Shown here in pieces: positions 36,541 to 49,392 of a stretch of DNA of 57,635 nt (the first letter of the stretch is position 1; the number at the start of each line of letters is the position of its first letter). Below the pieces are notes generated by a model, which did no database searches, had not been told where the DNA came from, and saw only the letters and a program-made list of their open reading frames with translations. Origin of the DNA: Octopus bimaculoides (Eukaryota); NCBI RefSeq assembly GCF_001194135.2, contig NC_068989.1, positions 78,961,576 to 79,019,210 of the forward strand, written 5' to 3'. The translations under genes were made by a program, and so were the position numbers.

Positions 36541-38452
36541 CGACCACTCACGACTAGCTAGCGCGGACGCGCGACTGCGCGTTCGGGTCCGCGCTGCTTT
36601 AGTAGTACCATTAATACAATTTAATTTTATCAACTTGTCTTATAGAACGGGATGGTGATATTCATTAGTCGGTTAAATCTTAACTCCGGAAGAATGAATG
36701 GAAAAGTTGACCTCGGCGGGATTATGATTTCAAATCCCGTCGGGGGTCATCAACTTCGCTCTTCATGGTCTGACTGGGTGGGCGAAAAGGCGATAAAGTT
36801 TCAATCAAAAACCAAGGTCGATTTAATTTAGTAACCCTTCCCGCAAAATGTGTGGCATTATGTCAATTGTTAGTGATCAATATTATCACCTATGCGGTCA
36901 AAAACGACAGCTAGATTAATCAAATTGTTAGATGAAATTTTCCATAATTACTTATTAAAAGAATTAAAACCTTTTATTTAATGATCCCCCACTCCTAAGT
37001 TATATATTAAATGTAAACTTTTTCCTAGGTAAACATCGAAGTTGAGAAGACAACGGACTAATAACAATTCCTATTTCTTTCATAGTGTAATTAAACGAAA
37101 TTTTATTGAGCTTTATACAAAATAATGAAAACAATTATATCATTTCTTTCCAACACTTGATAATTTATTTATTTTGGTTACACAGGGAAATAAACTGTAT
37201 GAATTTTTTAATATTTAGATAGTAATTACTAGTGGTACACAAGATTCAGTTATGAGAGAAGATACTTCTAATAAATAAAATAGGGAACCCCTTGTACAGA
37301 AAAAAAAATGGCTAGTGTAAATTCTGTATGAACATCACAAATCCCCATTTCCTCAAGCTCAATAAAATGTTTTTAGAAAGTCATAGATATGAAAGAAATC
37401 TTTGTTCTTGTCCTTTAAAAATTAACTTCTGAAAATATATGTATATAGATTGTTTGTGTGTGTGTGTATAATATACGTGTGGGTGTATGAAGGGCTTGTG
37501 ATATTTACATGGCAAGTCTGATGCCAGTTTTTCATGTGAACCACAATAATGTAAACACAGCTTAGTCTTTCGCTATTTCTTTCTCTCTATCTTTCGGATA
37601 TTTGATTTTTTTTCCTCCTTTCTCCTTCTTTCTCTCCTTGTGTGTATATATATATATATATATATATTCTTTTTATTCTTTTTTTATTTGTTTCAGTCAT
37701 TTGACTGCGGCTATACTGGAGCACCACATCCTCGCATTGTCTCATACTTACATACACACATACATACATACATACACTCGTGTGCATGTGCATGTGCGTG
37801 TGTGTGTGTGTGTGTTTAATCATTACTAAGCACATCAAATAATTTCTATCAGTTTTTCAGGCTTGCATTTCATCCTCTTCATTTCCTATCACTACTGACC
37901 GCTAATTATTGGACACTTAATTTACACACATAAAAACATATACATACAAACGTTCATATATATATATGTGTGTGTGTACGGCTGTACATACACACGTTCG
38001 TGTATGAAAGAAAGAGAGAAAGATATTGGGTGTAAATGTGTTTATATGTAATGTGGCAACTGCTGACATTGCGCGTGTACAAAGCGGCGTGGGTATGTAT
38101 ATATAGTGATAACTGTTTATGCGTATATATGAGTATGTATGAGAGAAAAAAAGAAAGAAAGAGCTTCTGGTCAGCCAGAAATGGCGTATGAACATACGAC
38201 AGGGCATGCCCGGACATTCTCTTCTGATGAACCTGTGTGGTAAACGTCACCATTTAAAGGGGCTGACTCTTTCGAATATGTGACATTCGAGACAAGGACA
38301 AAAACAATTAAGGCTGGATTAGAATACGCAAAACTATAAGCCCAGTGAATAAATACAGTATTAATAAGAAACGAAGTCCAGAGAGCAAGAAATTAAATAT
38401 ATGTTTACATATAAAATAAACGAGTGAATGAAAGTTGGTGAGGTTAACTTAC

Positions 38453-38905
38453 CGTTGGAAGTTTACCTTCATGTAGCTCCTGAAGGGTCGGGCGTGATTT
38501 TAACGCTGCTGTAGTTGATAAAAGATTCCTATAATGGTCCAAGTGAGGAATGGCCTCGTGTGTGTTACCTCCAAATGTCTTCAGATTACTCGTATCGTAC
38601 GAATGAGTCCTGTAAGTGTCCGATGGACTGAAAGAGAAGGTTCCATGTGGCGAGTCAAGGATTCTCTCGCTACCGCTATCAATACTATAACGATAGTGTT
38701 GCTGTGGAGCACTATCGTCTTCATCTTCGCACGGTTCGGCAATGGAGACACGATGCACTTTAAAACGGGACGAGCTGTTTCGTTTGGCCTCACTGGGTAG
38801 ATCTGTTAGTTCGTCCTTAGATTCTTGGACTAGAATACTGTCTCGAGGTCTCTTTTCTTGTTTCGGTGTCTCCAGTGCGATGCCTTCGCTTCTGCTGTCC
38901 GCCAT
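38453..38905 (-). CDS. SLC12A2: First coding exon of a Na-K-2Cl cotransporter (NKCC1-like, SLC12A1/2/3 clade); cytoplasmic N-terminal regulatory domain
   Basis: The ATG is at 38905-38903 in an AAACATGG context. The translation contains SRFKV (RFxV, aa 47-50), DTSNLKTFGGNTHEAIPHLDHYRN (human NKCC1 has [24 protein letters not shown]) and RPTLQELH (human RPSLAELH). The frame ends at a consensus donor ACG|GTAAGT (exon end 38453, phase 0); an alternative donor AAG|GTAAAC gives exon end 38467 (phase 1). The family call is firm; the exact orthologue is inferred. Confidence 0.92.
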
Positions 38906-39884
38906 GTTTTCCCTCTGTATTATTTTTATGAGGATTTTAGCGGAGAAAGAGAAAATGCGGTCGCTTCAGTTCGTCTCTATTGATGATGTATGGTCGTGTG
39001 TATGTATGTGCTTTTGGTGGTGGGGGTGGAGACAAACTGTATATGTGTCTGTGTGTGTGTGTATCAATGACGGTATATTTATATGTGCATGTGTCTGTAT
39101 GTGTGCGTGCGTGCGTGTATCAATGACGGTATGTGTATACGTGTGTGAGTGACGGTAGATGTTTACGTGTGTGTGAATGACAGTATATGTGTGTATGAAT
39201 GACGATATATGTGTGCGCGTCTTTGTGTTTGTGTGTTCGCGGAAAAAAAAAAGTGTTTATATATGTATGAGTGTGTGTGTGTGCGTGTTATATTGAATGG
39301 AAATTGATCGATTTTGTACGTATATCGAGGGGAAAATATGTGTATGTGTGTCCGTGTGTGCGTAAATGAATATTGAATGATTACGTATGTGCGTGTATGC
39401 GTTGTCCGCGTTTAATGTACAGCTGTGTCTGTGTGTCTGAGCGCGCGTTTTCGTGTCTCCGTCGAGGTGTGTATTTATCCGCGTGTGTGTTTATGTGGCT
39501 GCTTGAGTGTGTATTCTAGCGTGCGTGCCTGTGGTTACGTTAGTGTGAGTGTGCCTGCATCTATGTGTGTATTTGTACGTATAATAGATAACTATACATC
39601 TATATGATTGACTTCCTTTGTGTATAGGTTACCTTTGCATGTGTGCACCTTTTGCAATATAATCGTGTGTATACACGTATGTGTGCGTGTGTTTAATTAG
39701 CAATTTAGTTAATATTAATGTATTTTTATTTCGTTGTTTTAAATATAATTGTGATATTAAATAATCTCTTATTTTTTCCAGTTATAATAGATAAAAGTTC
39801 AATAAATTTTAATTGTTTATGTAATTATTTTTGAAAATTTTATTTCAAGTATAAGTATGTGTGTACGTATATATTGTAGGGTGA

Positions 39885-39885
39885 A

Positions 39886-39961
<76 letters not shown>

Positions 39962-39978
39962 GTAGGTAGGTAGGTAGG

Positions 39979-40039
<61 letters not shown>
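39885..40039. repeat. (AGAT)n/(AGGT)n tetranucleotide array
   Basis: Direct reading. A similar compound (AGAT/AGAC/AGGT/AGGC)n array lies at 44640-44965. Confidence 0.97.
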
Positions 40040-40641
40040 GTGTGAGGAAATCTGATTATGTTTGTGAGAATGAAAGTGAGAGAAAACGGTGGAAAATAAG
40101 GAGAGAAGAGAGAGAGAATGAGAGAAAAGTGAAAGTAATAGAGGAAAGATGCAAGAGGGAAAGAAAGAAATAGAAAGATATTATAGAGAGAGAGAGAGAG
40201 AGAATCAGAGACGAGAGATGTGAATGAGTCTCAACTATGTCTACGTCAAAAGGAGTAATAGACTGACGAAGCTATCAATTAGTTTGTTAATCAGCCAATG
40301 TGTTAGTTTACGTCTGGTTTAGAAGTCAAGGAATTGTTGTGTTTATGTGCAAATCTGACTTAGCGGATTACTTGGTTTAAAATTTGTTCCAAAGAAAGAT
40401 AAGGAAATCAGCAGAAATAAAAATAGGTGCGTAAAAGTAGGAGAGCAAACTGTTTTTTTTACTCCCTCTGTAATTTTCACAAGGAAAAGAAAAACTGGTA
40501 TTTTTAAAATACTTTAAAACACTTAAATATATGTATGTATGTATGTATCTAAAGAACGGATGTATATGTATATAGTTTTTTCCTTACAAACTCAGTTGAG
40601 GGTTCGTTTTACCGTGCTTTTGTTTTGAGGGGTGTATGTAG

Positions 40642-40689
<48 letters not shown>

Positions 40690-41323
40690 GCACTCAAAGG
40701 AAGACAAAGAGATTGACAGCTAAAATTAAGTTTCACCGGCGTGTCTCGTTCCTTCCTAAAAAGCTTGCTTCTCGCTGTAATGAATGAATCAAAGAATAAA
40801 TTTACTTGCTTTCGTAAAAGTCCCTTGTATTTCTCCGTTGCGTGTTGATATAAAGTTTCATTAGCTCTTAACACCTAGGTAAGAGCAGCTTTATATATAT
40901 ACATGTATATATGTATATATATATATACTCGTTATTCTGGTGCGTTGTAAGTTCCGTTCTTTCTCTCATCAACTATATTATTTCTTCAATCTTTCATGTA
41001 CATAGCAGGCTGAAGAAAAGCCTGTTTATACGTATAGACACCTTTTGCTGGTCTGTCGTTTCCTTCGTCGTCACCATATATTAAATATTATTCCTTTACC
41101 TTTAGCCAAAACTTTCTTCTTTCTTATATTCAATTTTCTTTTCACTCTCTGTCTCCACCCTCACTGTCTTACCCACCTCTCCACTCTACCCCTCTCCTTA
41201 TTTTATTTTCTTATGCGATTCTTTTACTTTTCTCTGTGTAATTTTTGTTTCGCAACTATTTTTGACTTTAAGTGTGTATTTCCCCCCACTCTTCTTTATT
41301 TACTTGTCACTGTGCGCACATGA

Positions 41324-41412
<89 letters not shown>

Positions 41413-42172
41413 TGTGTGCGTGTGTAATTGTGCGTGCGCGAGCGTGTCTGTATTTACATATGCGTGCGTGTTTATCCTGATGCTGTTTGATTTTGAAACA
41501 TCTATATAACAAAACAGTGATTGTATTCAAATAGTTTGCGCGCGCAAGCACACATATACATATACGCACAAAAACAGACGGACAAACACATTCATACGCT
41601 CTCTCTCTCTCTGAAATACACACGCACACACACACAAAGAAGTATATACAAGTATGCAAATGTGTGTGTACACAACGTGTAGAATTATGTATCTGAATTA
41701 CATTCGTCTGCGTGATGAAGAGCGATAGAATGACAAAGAGACACAAGGAGGGTTTATAATGTAAGAAAGATAATCATCTGTATAGGAACAAATATGGACA
41801 AAATAAGAGGCCTGTATATTAACGAAAGAAAGGTTTGCACAGAAATTCATACATACCTACATACAAACACACTCATACAGAACTTGTCACATCAAAGTGA
41901 CATGCCTTGAAAAAATTACCGGTTTGTTTTAAGTCTTTCACTGCGATTGACAGCTACAGGTGTTAACTTAAGGCGGAAAAAAGTTTCTGTCACCCATATA
42001 TGTTCATAGAAATGAAATGATTGCCTAACTTGGATTATAGACCTTCACAGAATATGCAATCATCGTTAAGTATTATTTCGTGATGTATTTTGTGAAATTC
42101 CTTCACTAACACGTCCTATTATGTACGTGGATGTACATGTGTGTGTATATCTATGTATGTGTATGTATGTAT

Positions 42173-42206
<34 letters not shown>

Positions 42207-42229
42207 GGATAGACGTTTTGTATGTATAA

Positions 42230-42610
42230 ACGCAGGCATAGGCGTGTGGTAAGAAGCTTCCCAACAACATGGTTCCGGGTTCAGGCCCACTGCGTGACAA
42301 CTTGGGCAAGTGTTTTTTATTAGACTCGGGACAACCAAAGCCTTGTGAGTGGATTTTGTAGACGGAAACTGAAAGAAGCCCGAGGCTATATAGTATGTAT
42401 TTGTGTGTGTGTGTGTCTGTGTTTGACCCCACCATCACTTGACAACCGATGCTGGTGTGTTTACGTCTCCGTAACTTAAAGGTTCGTTAAAAATACCGAT
42501 AGAATAAGTACTAGGCTTACAAAGAATAAGTCCTGGGGTCAGTTTGCTCGACTAAAGGCGGTGCTCCAGCATGGTTGCAATCAAATGACTGAAACGAATA
42601 AAAGAGAAAA
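42230..42610 (+). mobile_element. Family B SINE, full length
   Basis: Head ggcgtgtggtaagaagcttccc...ggttccgggttcaggccc, CORE-like cttgggcaag, tail aaaagag. Confidence 0.88.
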
Positions 42611-43091
42611 GAGTATATGTACGGGCAGAGAGAGTGAAAGAGAGAGAGACAGTGAGAGAGAGAGACAGGGAGAGGGAGTTTTATTGACGCTGAAAAGCAC
42701 TTCACAAGCCGTTCCTCCAAGTTTTATTGTTTGAATCTCGGTTTCGTGAAAATTGGAGTGACGATTTCTGAACTCTGCTTGTGCGTGCGTGCGTGTGTGT
42801 ACGATGGAATCTCTCGTCGAAGACGCCGTGTGAGTATACAAATTTTGCCGAAAAACCTGCACAAATGATTTGCTTATAATGATCAAATGTATGTATTGTA
42901 CATATTTGGACTCTTTTCATTAAAACGACATCGTCTGTATAGGTGCACGAGCGTGCTGCCACACATCGGATGTCGAAATGATGGCAGAGCAACGTAAAAT
43001 GAAGTATTTTGCTGAAAAAACACGTGCTGCTCAGTCCGAGTCTCGAACCCACGAGTCTCGAACACCCTCACCACTAGGTTACGTGTCTCCA

Positions 43092-43172
<81 letters not shown>

Positions 43173-43784
43173 CTCAAGCACAGATACATACATACATACA
43201 TACATATTTGTGTATGTGTGTGTGTTTTCTGTTTTCAATCCTTTAAATTCTTCCTCTGAAGAAGGAGCTGGTTTCTAACAAAGAAACGAAGCTCTCTTTT
43301 TAGAATGTAGATAAAGAAAACGAGGTCACATCTTAAACATGAGAAAAGTCTTGCATAGTTTTATTGTGCTGCTTACAGATTGTATTTGTAAAGTGCGAAT
43401 CAGTTGGTTGATTTCTTTTTCTGAAAATCCAATCTTACCCAGACTGACATATAGGTATTTATTTACAAAACCAAGTGCTCCATCAGCACTGGTAGGAATG
43501 CAATTTTGTAATCCGAATCCTGGAGGTCTCGAAGCAGTTGTTCTTAGTTATCTTCTTTATCTTTGATTTTCAAAGAGATATTCACATCAACAGAACAGCT
43601 GACCTCACTGACGGTACATACTTTTTATTGTCTGTCCCAAATAACAATATCCGGCCTGTTATGCTTACACTTGACAGGTGTTTTGATGGGAATGTTCCAC
43701 CAGAATTCCTGTATGTATGTATGTGTGTGTATGTATGTATGTATGAAAGATTAAGGATGTTTACTTCTCAATTATGATATTCAC

Positions 43785-44510
43785 GGTGCGAGGGGTCTTG
43801 GAGAACACTTTATTATCAGTGTGTTACTCTTTTCAAACCAATTAAAATATTTCATTTTATTTCCTTCAGATTCCCCATGGCAGATAAAATGCTAACACAA
43901 GAAATGAAAAGACATGCAGTCATCGTTATCCTGCACGCGGAAGACTTCAATTTACAAATTGCCAACTTTCTAAATAATGCAAGATATTTTATACACAACG
44001 TTGAGATGGAAATGGAAAACTCTGGCGGAAATTATCCAACTTTATCAACGAAAAGAAAAACAATTTGAAACGTTCGGATACTATAAGGACCTGCAATTCA
44101 TCCAACTGGTTCAAAACATTATCAATGGTGATTCCGGAAAATCAATAAGAGCCATTGCCAAAGATTTTCAGGTGTTGGGCTGGTCTATCGGAACTATGGT
44201 GTACGAGAACTTTCGATACAAGTCATACGTACTGAGAAGAGAGCAATTTTTATCTTTACAATCATGTAACACATAACTTGTGGTCTCCAAACATTGTGTC
44301 CACAAAACTCGCCAGATTTAAATCTTATGGACTACTACGTTTGGAGTGTTGTTGAAAGGGAGACTAATCTAAATCTTCATAATATATATTCACTAGAGGC
44401 CACTATTGTCCTGGTGACATCCGAAATTAATTAGGACCATTTAGTACAGGCAAGTCAACGACTCCGGTCCCATATTTAAGCAGTCGTCGAAGCTGGAGAC
44501 AGATTCATAG
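43785..44510 (+). mobile_element. DD37D/maT-type transposon with an internal deletion
   Basis: MADKMLTQEMKRHAVIV..., GKSIRAIAKDFQV and YKSYVLRREQFLS jump directly to a SPDLNLMDYYVWSVVERETN-like segment. Homologous to the 16.5-17.4 kb element. Confidence 0.8.
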
Positions 44511-44759
44511 AATAACTTCTTAAGGAAGCATATCGAGAATGTGTGCGTAAATACATTCTAATTAAAACACATTTGGTTTTTTCTATATTAGATTTTATTA
44601 AATTACCAAATATGTCTTGGAAGTACCTCTCACTCGCTGTAGATAGATAGATAGATATATAGATAGAGACAGACAGAGACAGACAGGTAGGTAGGTAGGT
44701 AGGTAGGTAGGCAGGCAGGCAGGCAGACAGACAGACATCAGACAGGTAGGTAGGTAGAT

Positions 44760-44812
<53 letters not shown>

Positions 44813-44918
44813 CATAGATAGACAGACAGATAGACATAGATAGATTGACAGATAGACATAGATAGACAGACAGATAGACATAGATAGACAGACAGACAGA
44901 CAGATAGACATAGATAGT

Positions 44919-44965
<47 letters not shown>

Positions 44966-45197
44966 GTGGCGAGCTGGTAGAAACGTGAGCACGCCGGGCG
45001 AAATGCTTAGCGATATTTCGTCTGCCGTTACGTTCTGAGTTCAAATTCCGCCGAGGTCGACTTTGCCTTTCATCCTTTCGGGGGTCGATAAATTAAGTAC
45101 CAGTTACGCACTGAGGTCGGTGTAATCAACTTAATCCCTTTGTCTGTCCTTATTTGTCCCCTCTATGTTTAGGCCCTTGTGGGCAATAAAGAAATAA
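44966..45197 (+). mobile_element. Family D SINE, tail variant 1, in a (GATA)n array
   Basis: CpG-intact head and core; tail gtcccctctatgtttaggcccttgtgggcaataaagaaataag. Confidence 0.9.
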
Positions 45198-46132
45198 GAT
45201 AGGTAGGTAGATAGATACATTTCTTTTATTAGCCACACAGGGCTCAACAAAGATGGGACAAATACAATGTAGAGCTTTTCTTTTTGGGAGGGGAGGAAAA
45301 AAAAAGTAGGGGTGTGTCGATCAAAAGGGATCGTAGGAAGGGAAAAAGGGGGGAGTTCGATCATACAAACACATGAATATGTCCAAAATGAAATTGAAAT
45401 TTTAAAACTGCGCCAACTAGTCGGCGTAACATACTCGTGACTGCAGTGTTGAGTTGGGGTGACGCTGTTATTCATTCTTTTACCCAAATCACGCGACGTC
45501 AGTTAGTCATTATTGTGTACGTACGAGAGTGAATGCTTGTTTAGTGCACTGAGCGATTTGTTATAACTTGAGAAATGAAGGATTTGAAAGAGCGATTGTT
45601 TATATGATATTCTGTCTGAAACGTGGAAATACCTTTACGAAGATTTATTTAATGCTGCAACAGGCCTATAGGGAAAATTGTGCACTATGTCATGAGTTGT
45701 CCCCGCTTTTCTAATTGGCAAGAATATGTATTGAAGATTATCCCAAATTTGGTCGATCTTCCAGAAGAACAGCTGATGATCATATTGCAAGGCTGCGTTT
45801 ATCTGTCTGTCTATACATACATACGTACATACATACATGCATGCATATATGCATATGATGCATACATGAGGTGTGTATACATTTCCTATCATACACAAAT
45901 GGCTATTTTAATTCAATGCTCTTTCAAATTCATACACTCTGATTTTTCTACACCCCAGCAAGCTTTCACAATATCAGCGAAAGTTGTATTGTCTCTTTCC
46001 TATATATCGAACTACGAATTTCGTATAAGCAAGTGACAATAGGCTGCATAGCACTGACAAGTCTGAATAAAGGCGAACCGTGTCAGTTTTTTTCTCGTGA
46101 GTCGCTGTAGCGACGATGCTCTCTCTCAAATA

Positions 46133-46440
46133 TGTTATGACGACGAAAGTTCCAGTTTTTCCGATCAACGGAGCAGCCTGCTCGGAAAATTAATGTGCCA
46201 GTGACTGAGCACTCAACAGACACGCGTACCCGTAACGTAGTTCTCATGAAGGTTCAACGTGACACAATGTGACAAGGCTGGCCCTTTGAATTACAGGTAC
46301 AACTCATTTTTGCCAGCTGAGTGGACTGGAGTGACGTGAAATAAAGTGTATTGCTCAAGGACATAACGCGCTGCTGGAAATCGAACTCACGTCCTTACGA
46401 TTGTGAGCCAAATCCCCTAACCACTAAGCCACGCGGCTCC
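46133..46440 (-). mobile_element. Chimeric SINE: family G head and central domain joined to the family C tail
   Basis: 46290-46440 matches 15590-15703, and 46133-46290 matches the 3' tail of family C. Confidence 0.78.
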
Positions 46441-48383
46441 AATATGTATTTTGTTTTTAACACAACAAATCTGTGAAGTTATTCTATCTTAGAAATTTCT
46501 CTAGCCTCATGCCTCTCAACGGTGTGTATCTCTCGTTATTTCCGTATCAAACTCATTTGTTTTCGTATTTCATGTTGTTTATTGTTGGTGACGTCCTGTA
46601 CCCATATATGCATGTGTATGTATATAAATATATGTGTGTGTGTGTGTTGATGATGATGATGAACGTCTTTCATTTTCCTTCTACCGAATCCACTCGCAAT
46701 ATAGAAACATTTCTCAAGGTCCCAGCTGACAAAATGAGAAAGGCGTTGCCTCTAATTGACACGTTAGATGAATTACTAGTAAAACGAGAGTTACGGCTCT
46801 TTTTAAGTTAATGGCGGGTAAAAAAATTCATGTAACTAAGTTAGGTGTATGGCAGGGAGGGGAAATATACATGAAGCTCACTATTTGCAACCGCTTGGTT
46901 TTGGGGTCCAGTTTCACCGTGCGACACCATGGGTAAGTGTCTACTATTATAGCCGCGGGCCGATTGATGCCTTGTGAGTGGATTTGGTAGATGAAAACTG
47001 TGTGAAACCCGTCATATATATATATATATATNNNNNNNNNNNNNNNNNNNNNNNNNNNNNNNNNNNNNNNNNNNNNNNNNNNNNNNNNNNNNNNNNNNNN
47101 NNNNNNNNNNNNNNNNNNNNNNNNNNNNNNNTACTAAAACCTCTTTAATGCGTCTCTAGCCTGGCCACAGTCCAGTGACTGAAACAAGTAAAAGATAAAA
47201 GAGGTTTTGCACAAAGATGTTGCCAATTGTTGATAAATTTTTATTACCCTCATTGGACAGTAAAAAAGTATTTGGAATAAATCTTTTAAAGTGACTTATA
47301 TAACCATGATAACGATCAGATATTGAAAGCATACCATCCTTTCCTCATGCAATAACATTTGTACGAACGATTTGTTTGTCATTGAAAAATTTCTCTAATG
47401 TCTTATATTATGTTTCCGGTTGTTCAGTAAATTACAATTCTTTCTTAAATCTCTTGATTTATATTGATACCCGAGCCGTCAATAACGACGGAGATATTGT
47501 TGGAAAATGTGTTTGATGAAAGTTGCCAATGGATGTAGATAAAAATGCCAAAATAACAGGAAAATAAGTAAATTATATTTATCGTTCCCCAAATATTGTA
47601 CACGTTTGATTACGTTTGGTATTTACGATATATTATAGTCAATAATTCATTCGTTATTCTACATCATGTTATTTTCCGCAATAAATGCTCAACGTAATTT
47701 CCCAAATGTATTCAAAACTACCGAAATATATGCATATTTATACATGGGTACACGATCTTATAAACAGATTACATATATTTTCTGTAGGGTTTTGAAGGGA
47801 CATCAGGTTTAGTTTATGTAAAAGATGTATATTTAAGACATATTTAACACATTCTGAAGTAAAGCTACAAATATACATAGGAATTACTAATCATATTCAC
47901 AGCAAAAGTTCCTGAAGAGCAATATTTCAATATTCCTTGTATAAACATTAAGCGGAACGAACACATCTTGGCCTTCAGAAATTTCAATCTGTAATTTCAT
48001 ATCAGTTCTGTTTAAATCAAAGAATACATGGATTCTGTGTAATAAGTAAATAGTCTAAAGTTGAATACATGATACCACTCATTAAGTAATTAGGTAATAG
48101 TGGAATGTAATGGAATATATGAAGTAAAATAATTAATAGTGGAATAAGTGTAAACATAATACAAATACGTATAGCGTATTAAATATATATTGATGAGACA
48201 TACGATGTTGTATATTGATTAGATTTATCAATGAGAAGAAAGAAAAAAAATAATGTGATAATCAGAATTTATGAACATAAAAAACATTAGTAGAGCATTA
48301 TAAGATCAAAAAAGACAGCAAAAATGAACTATCGAATATGGAAAATAAACAGTACGACTCCAACCCGTGTCGAATAATTTAGA

Positions 48384-48675
48384 GTAGTGGTTCTCAACTG
48401 GGGTCCGTATGGCCCTGAGGGTCCATATAAGATTTTTGGGGGTCCATGTAACAAAAGAGTATTTTAAGGGCTCCTGAAAAATATTTGCTTTAAATGCAAG
48501 GAACTGTTTGGATTTTTTTTTTCTGTAAAGTTTAACGTAGTTCAACCTACAAAAGTTAATGTGAAAACAAAACAGGAATTTTGAAAGAAGTATCTTTAAA
48601 CATTGAATGGCTAAGGGGGTTTACCAGAATAAAATAGTAGTCAAAAGAGTCCATAGGTAAAAAAAAATGGTTGAG
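48384..48675 (+). mobile_element. hAT (Charlie-like) MITE with a degraded right end
   Basis: The left terminus tagtggttctcaac resembles CAGTGGTTCTCAAC-type hAT TIRs; the right end retains atggttgag. Confidence 0.55.
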
Positions 48676-48734
48676 CTCGTATCGAATGATTTAGAAAGTG
48701 AAACCATATAAAACGGGGTAAATTCAACAACAAA

Positions 48735-48790
48735 TTGCGAGGAACGCTTAACCATTTGAACAACTTCAAATGGTTAAGCGTTCCTCGCAA
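48735..48790. repeat. Perfect 26-bp inverted repeat with a 4-nt loop
   Basis: ttgcgaggaacgcttaaccatttgaa-caac-ttcaaatggttaagcgttcctcgcaa. Confidence 0.97.
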
Positions 48791-49059
48791 AATAAAGTAT
48801 ATATACAAATACACTCAGTGTATTAAATGTACTGATAGCGCCCAAAGGCCACTAATAAAACCTTCTTATCATGCAGTGTGATTTCATCTGTTGTTTTAAG
48901 TCATCACGAAGGTCAAAAGCTTGTTAGGTATTTCATCGATTTTAGCTGAAACTAAATTATTTATAAGCATAAAATATTTACATCAGTGACGGTAGGATAA
49001 CATGGCGGTAAAAATTCATTTCGTAGAAAATAATTCAAGATTCTTTCCGGTACTGTGGG

Positions 49060-49392
49060 GCTTCCATATTTAGCAATGAGCTTTGAAATTGTATATGATG
49101 CACTAAGCAGCCACTTCTCCGCATTGAGAAGTCACAGCTCCGGTACAACTGATACGTGATTAGAATATGGCATGAAGGAATCGCAAGATGGATTTTTAAA
49201 ATCAATCCAACTGACGCGAGACCTAGACGTAGAACATGGTATTTCGATGGATGATATCCATAGTTGCAGTGGGTCACGCTTGGTAAACCAACCGGAAAGT
49301 GTAATGACGGTTGCTTCCGATTGGGCCTGAGAATTTTACTCCCACGGCCTTCCCGGGAACAGTAAGAGGAGAAGATAGATGGACGGATGGAT
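49060..49392 (+). mobile_element. RTE-clade (Expander/Rex3-like) LINE 3' end
   Basis: One plus frame reads QPLLRIEKSQLRYN*YVIRIWHEGIARWIFKINPTDARPRRRTW...LQWVTLGKP...LRILLPRPSREQ*, matching the RTE C-terminal pattern (PLLLRIERSQLRW..HV.RM....RPRGRPR.RW....LLPPRP). A (GATG)n-like tail follows. Confidence 0.72.

Noticed and set aside
1-38446. Downstream SLC12 exons (KFGW, LNIWGVMLF and similar)
   Set aside because: A visual scan for the FGW codon pattern found none. They may lie beyond the window or inside N gaps.
38534-39152. Plus-strand and alternate-frame ORFs overlapping the NKCC exon
   Set aside because: Shadow ORFs of a GC-richer coding exon, extended by GT repeats, with no motifs of their own.
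45485-45530. Inr-like TCAGTT with a CRE-like gacgtca on the plus strand
   Set aside because: Short motifs expected by chance, the DPE position does not match, and no downstream gene is evident.
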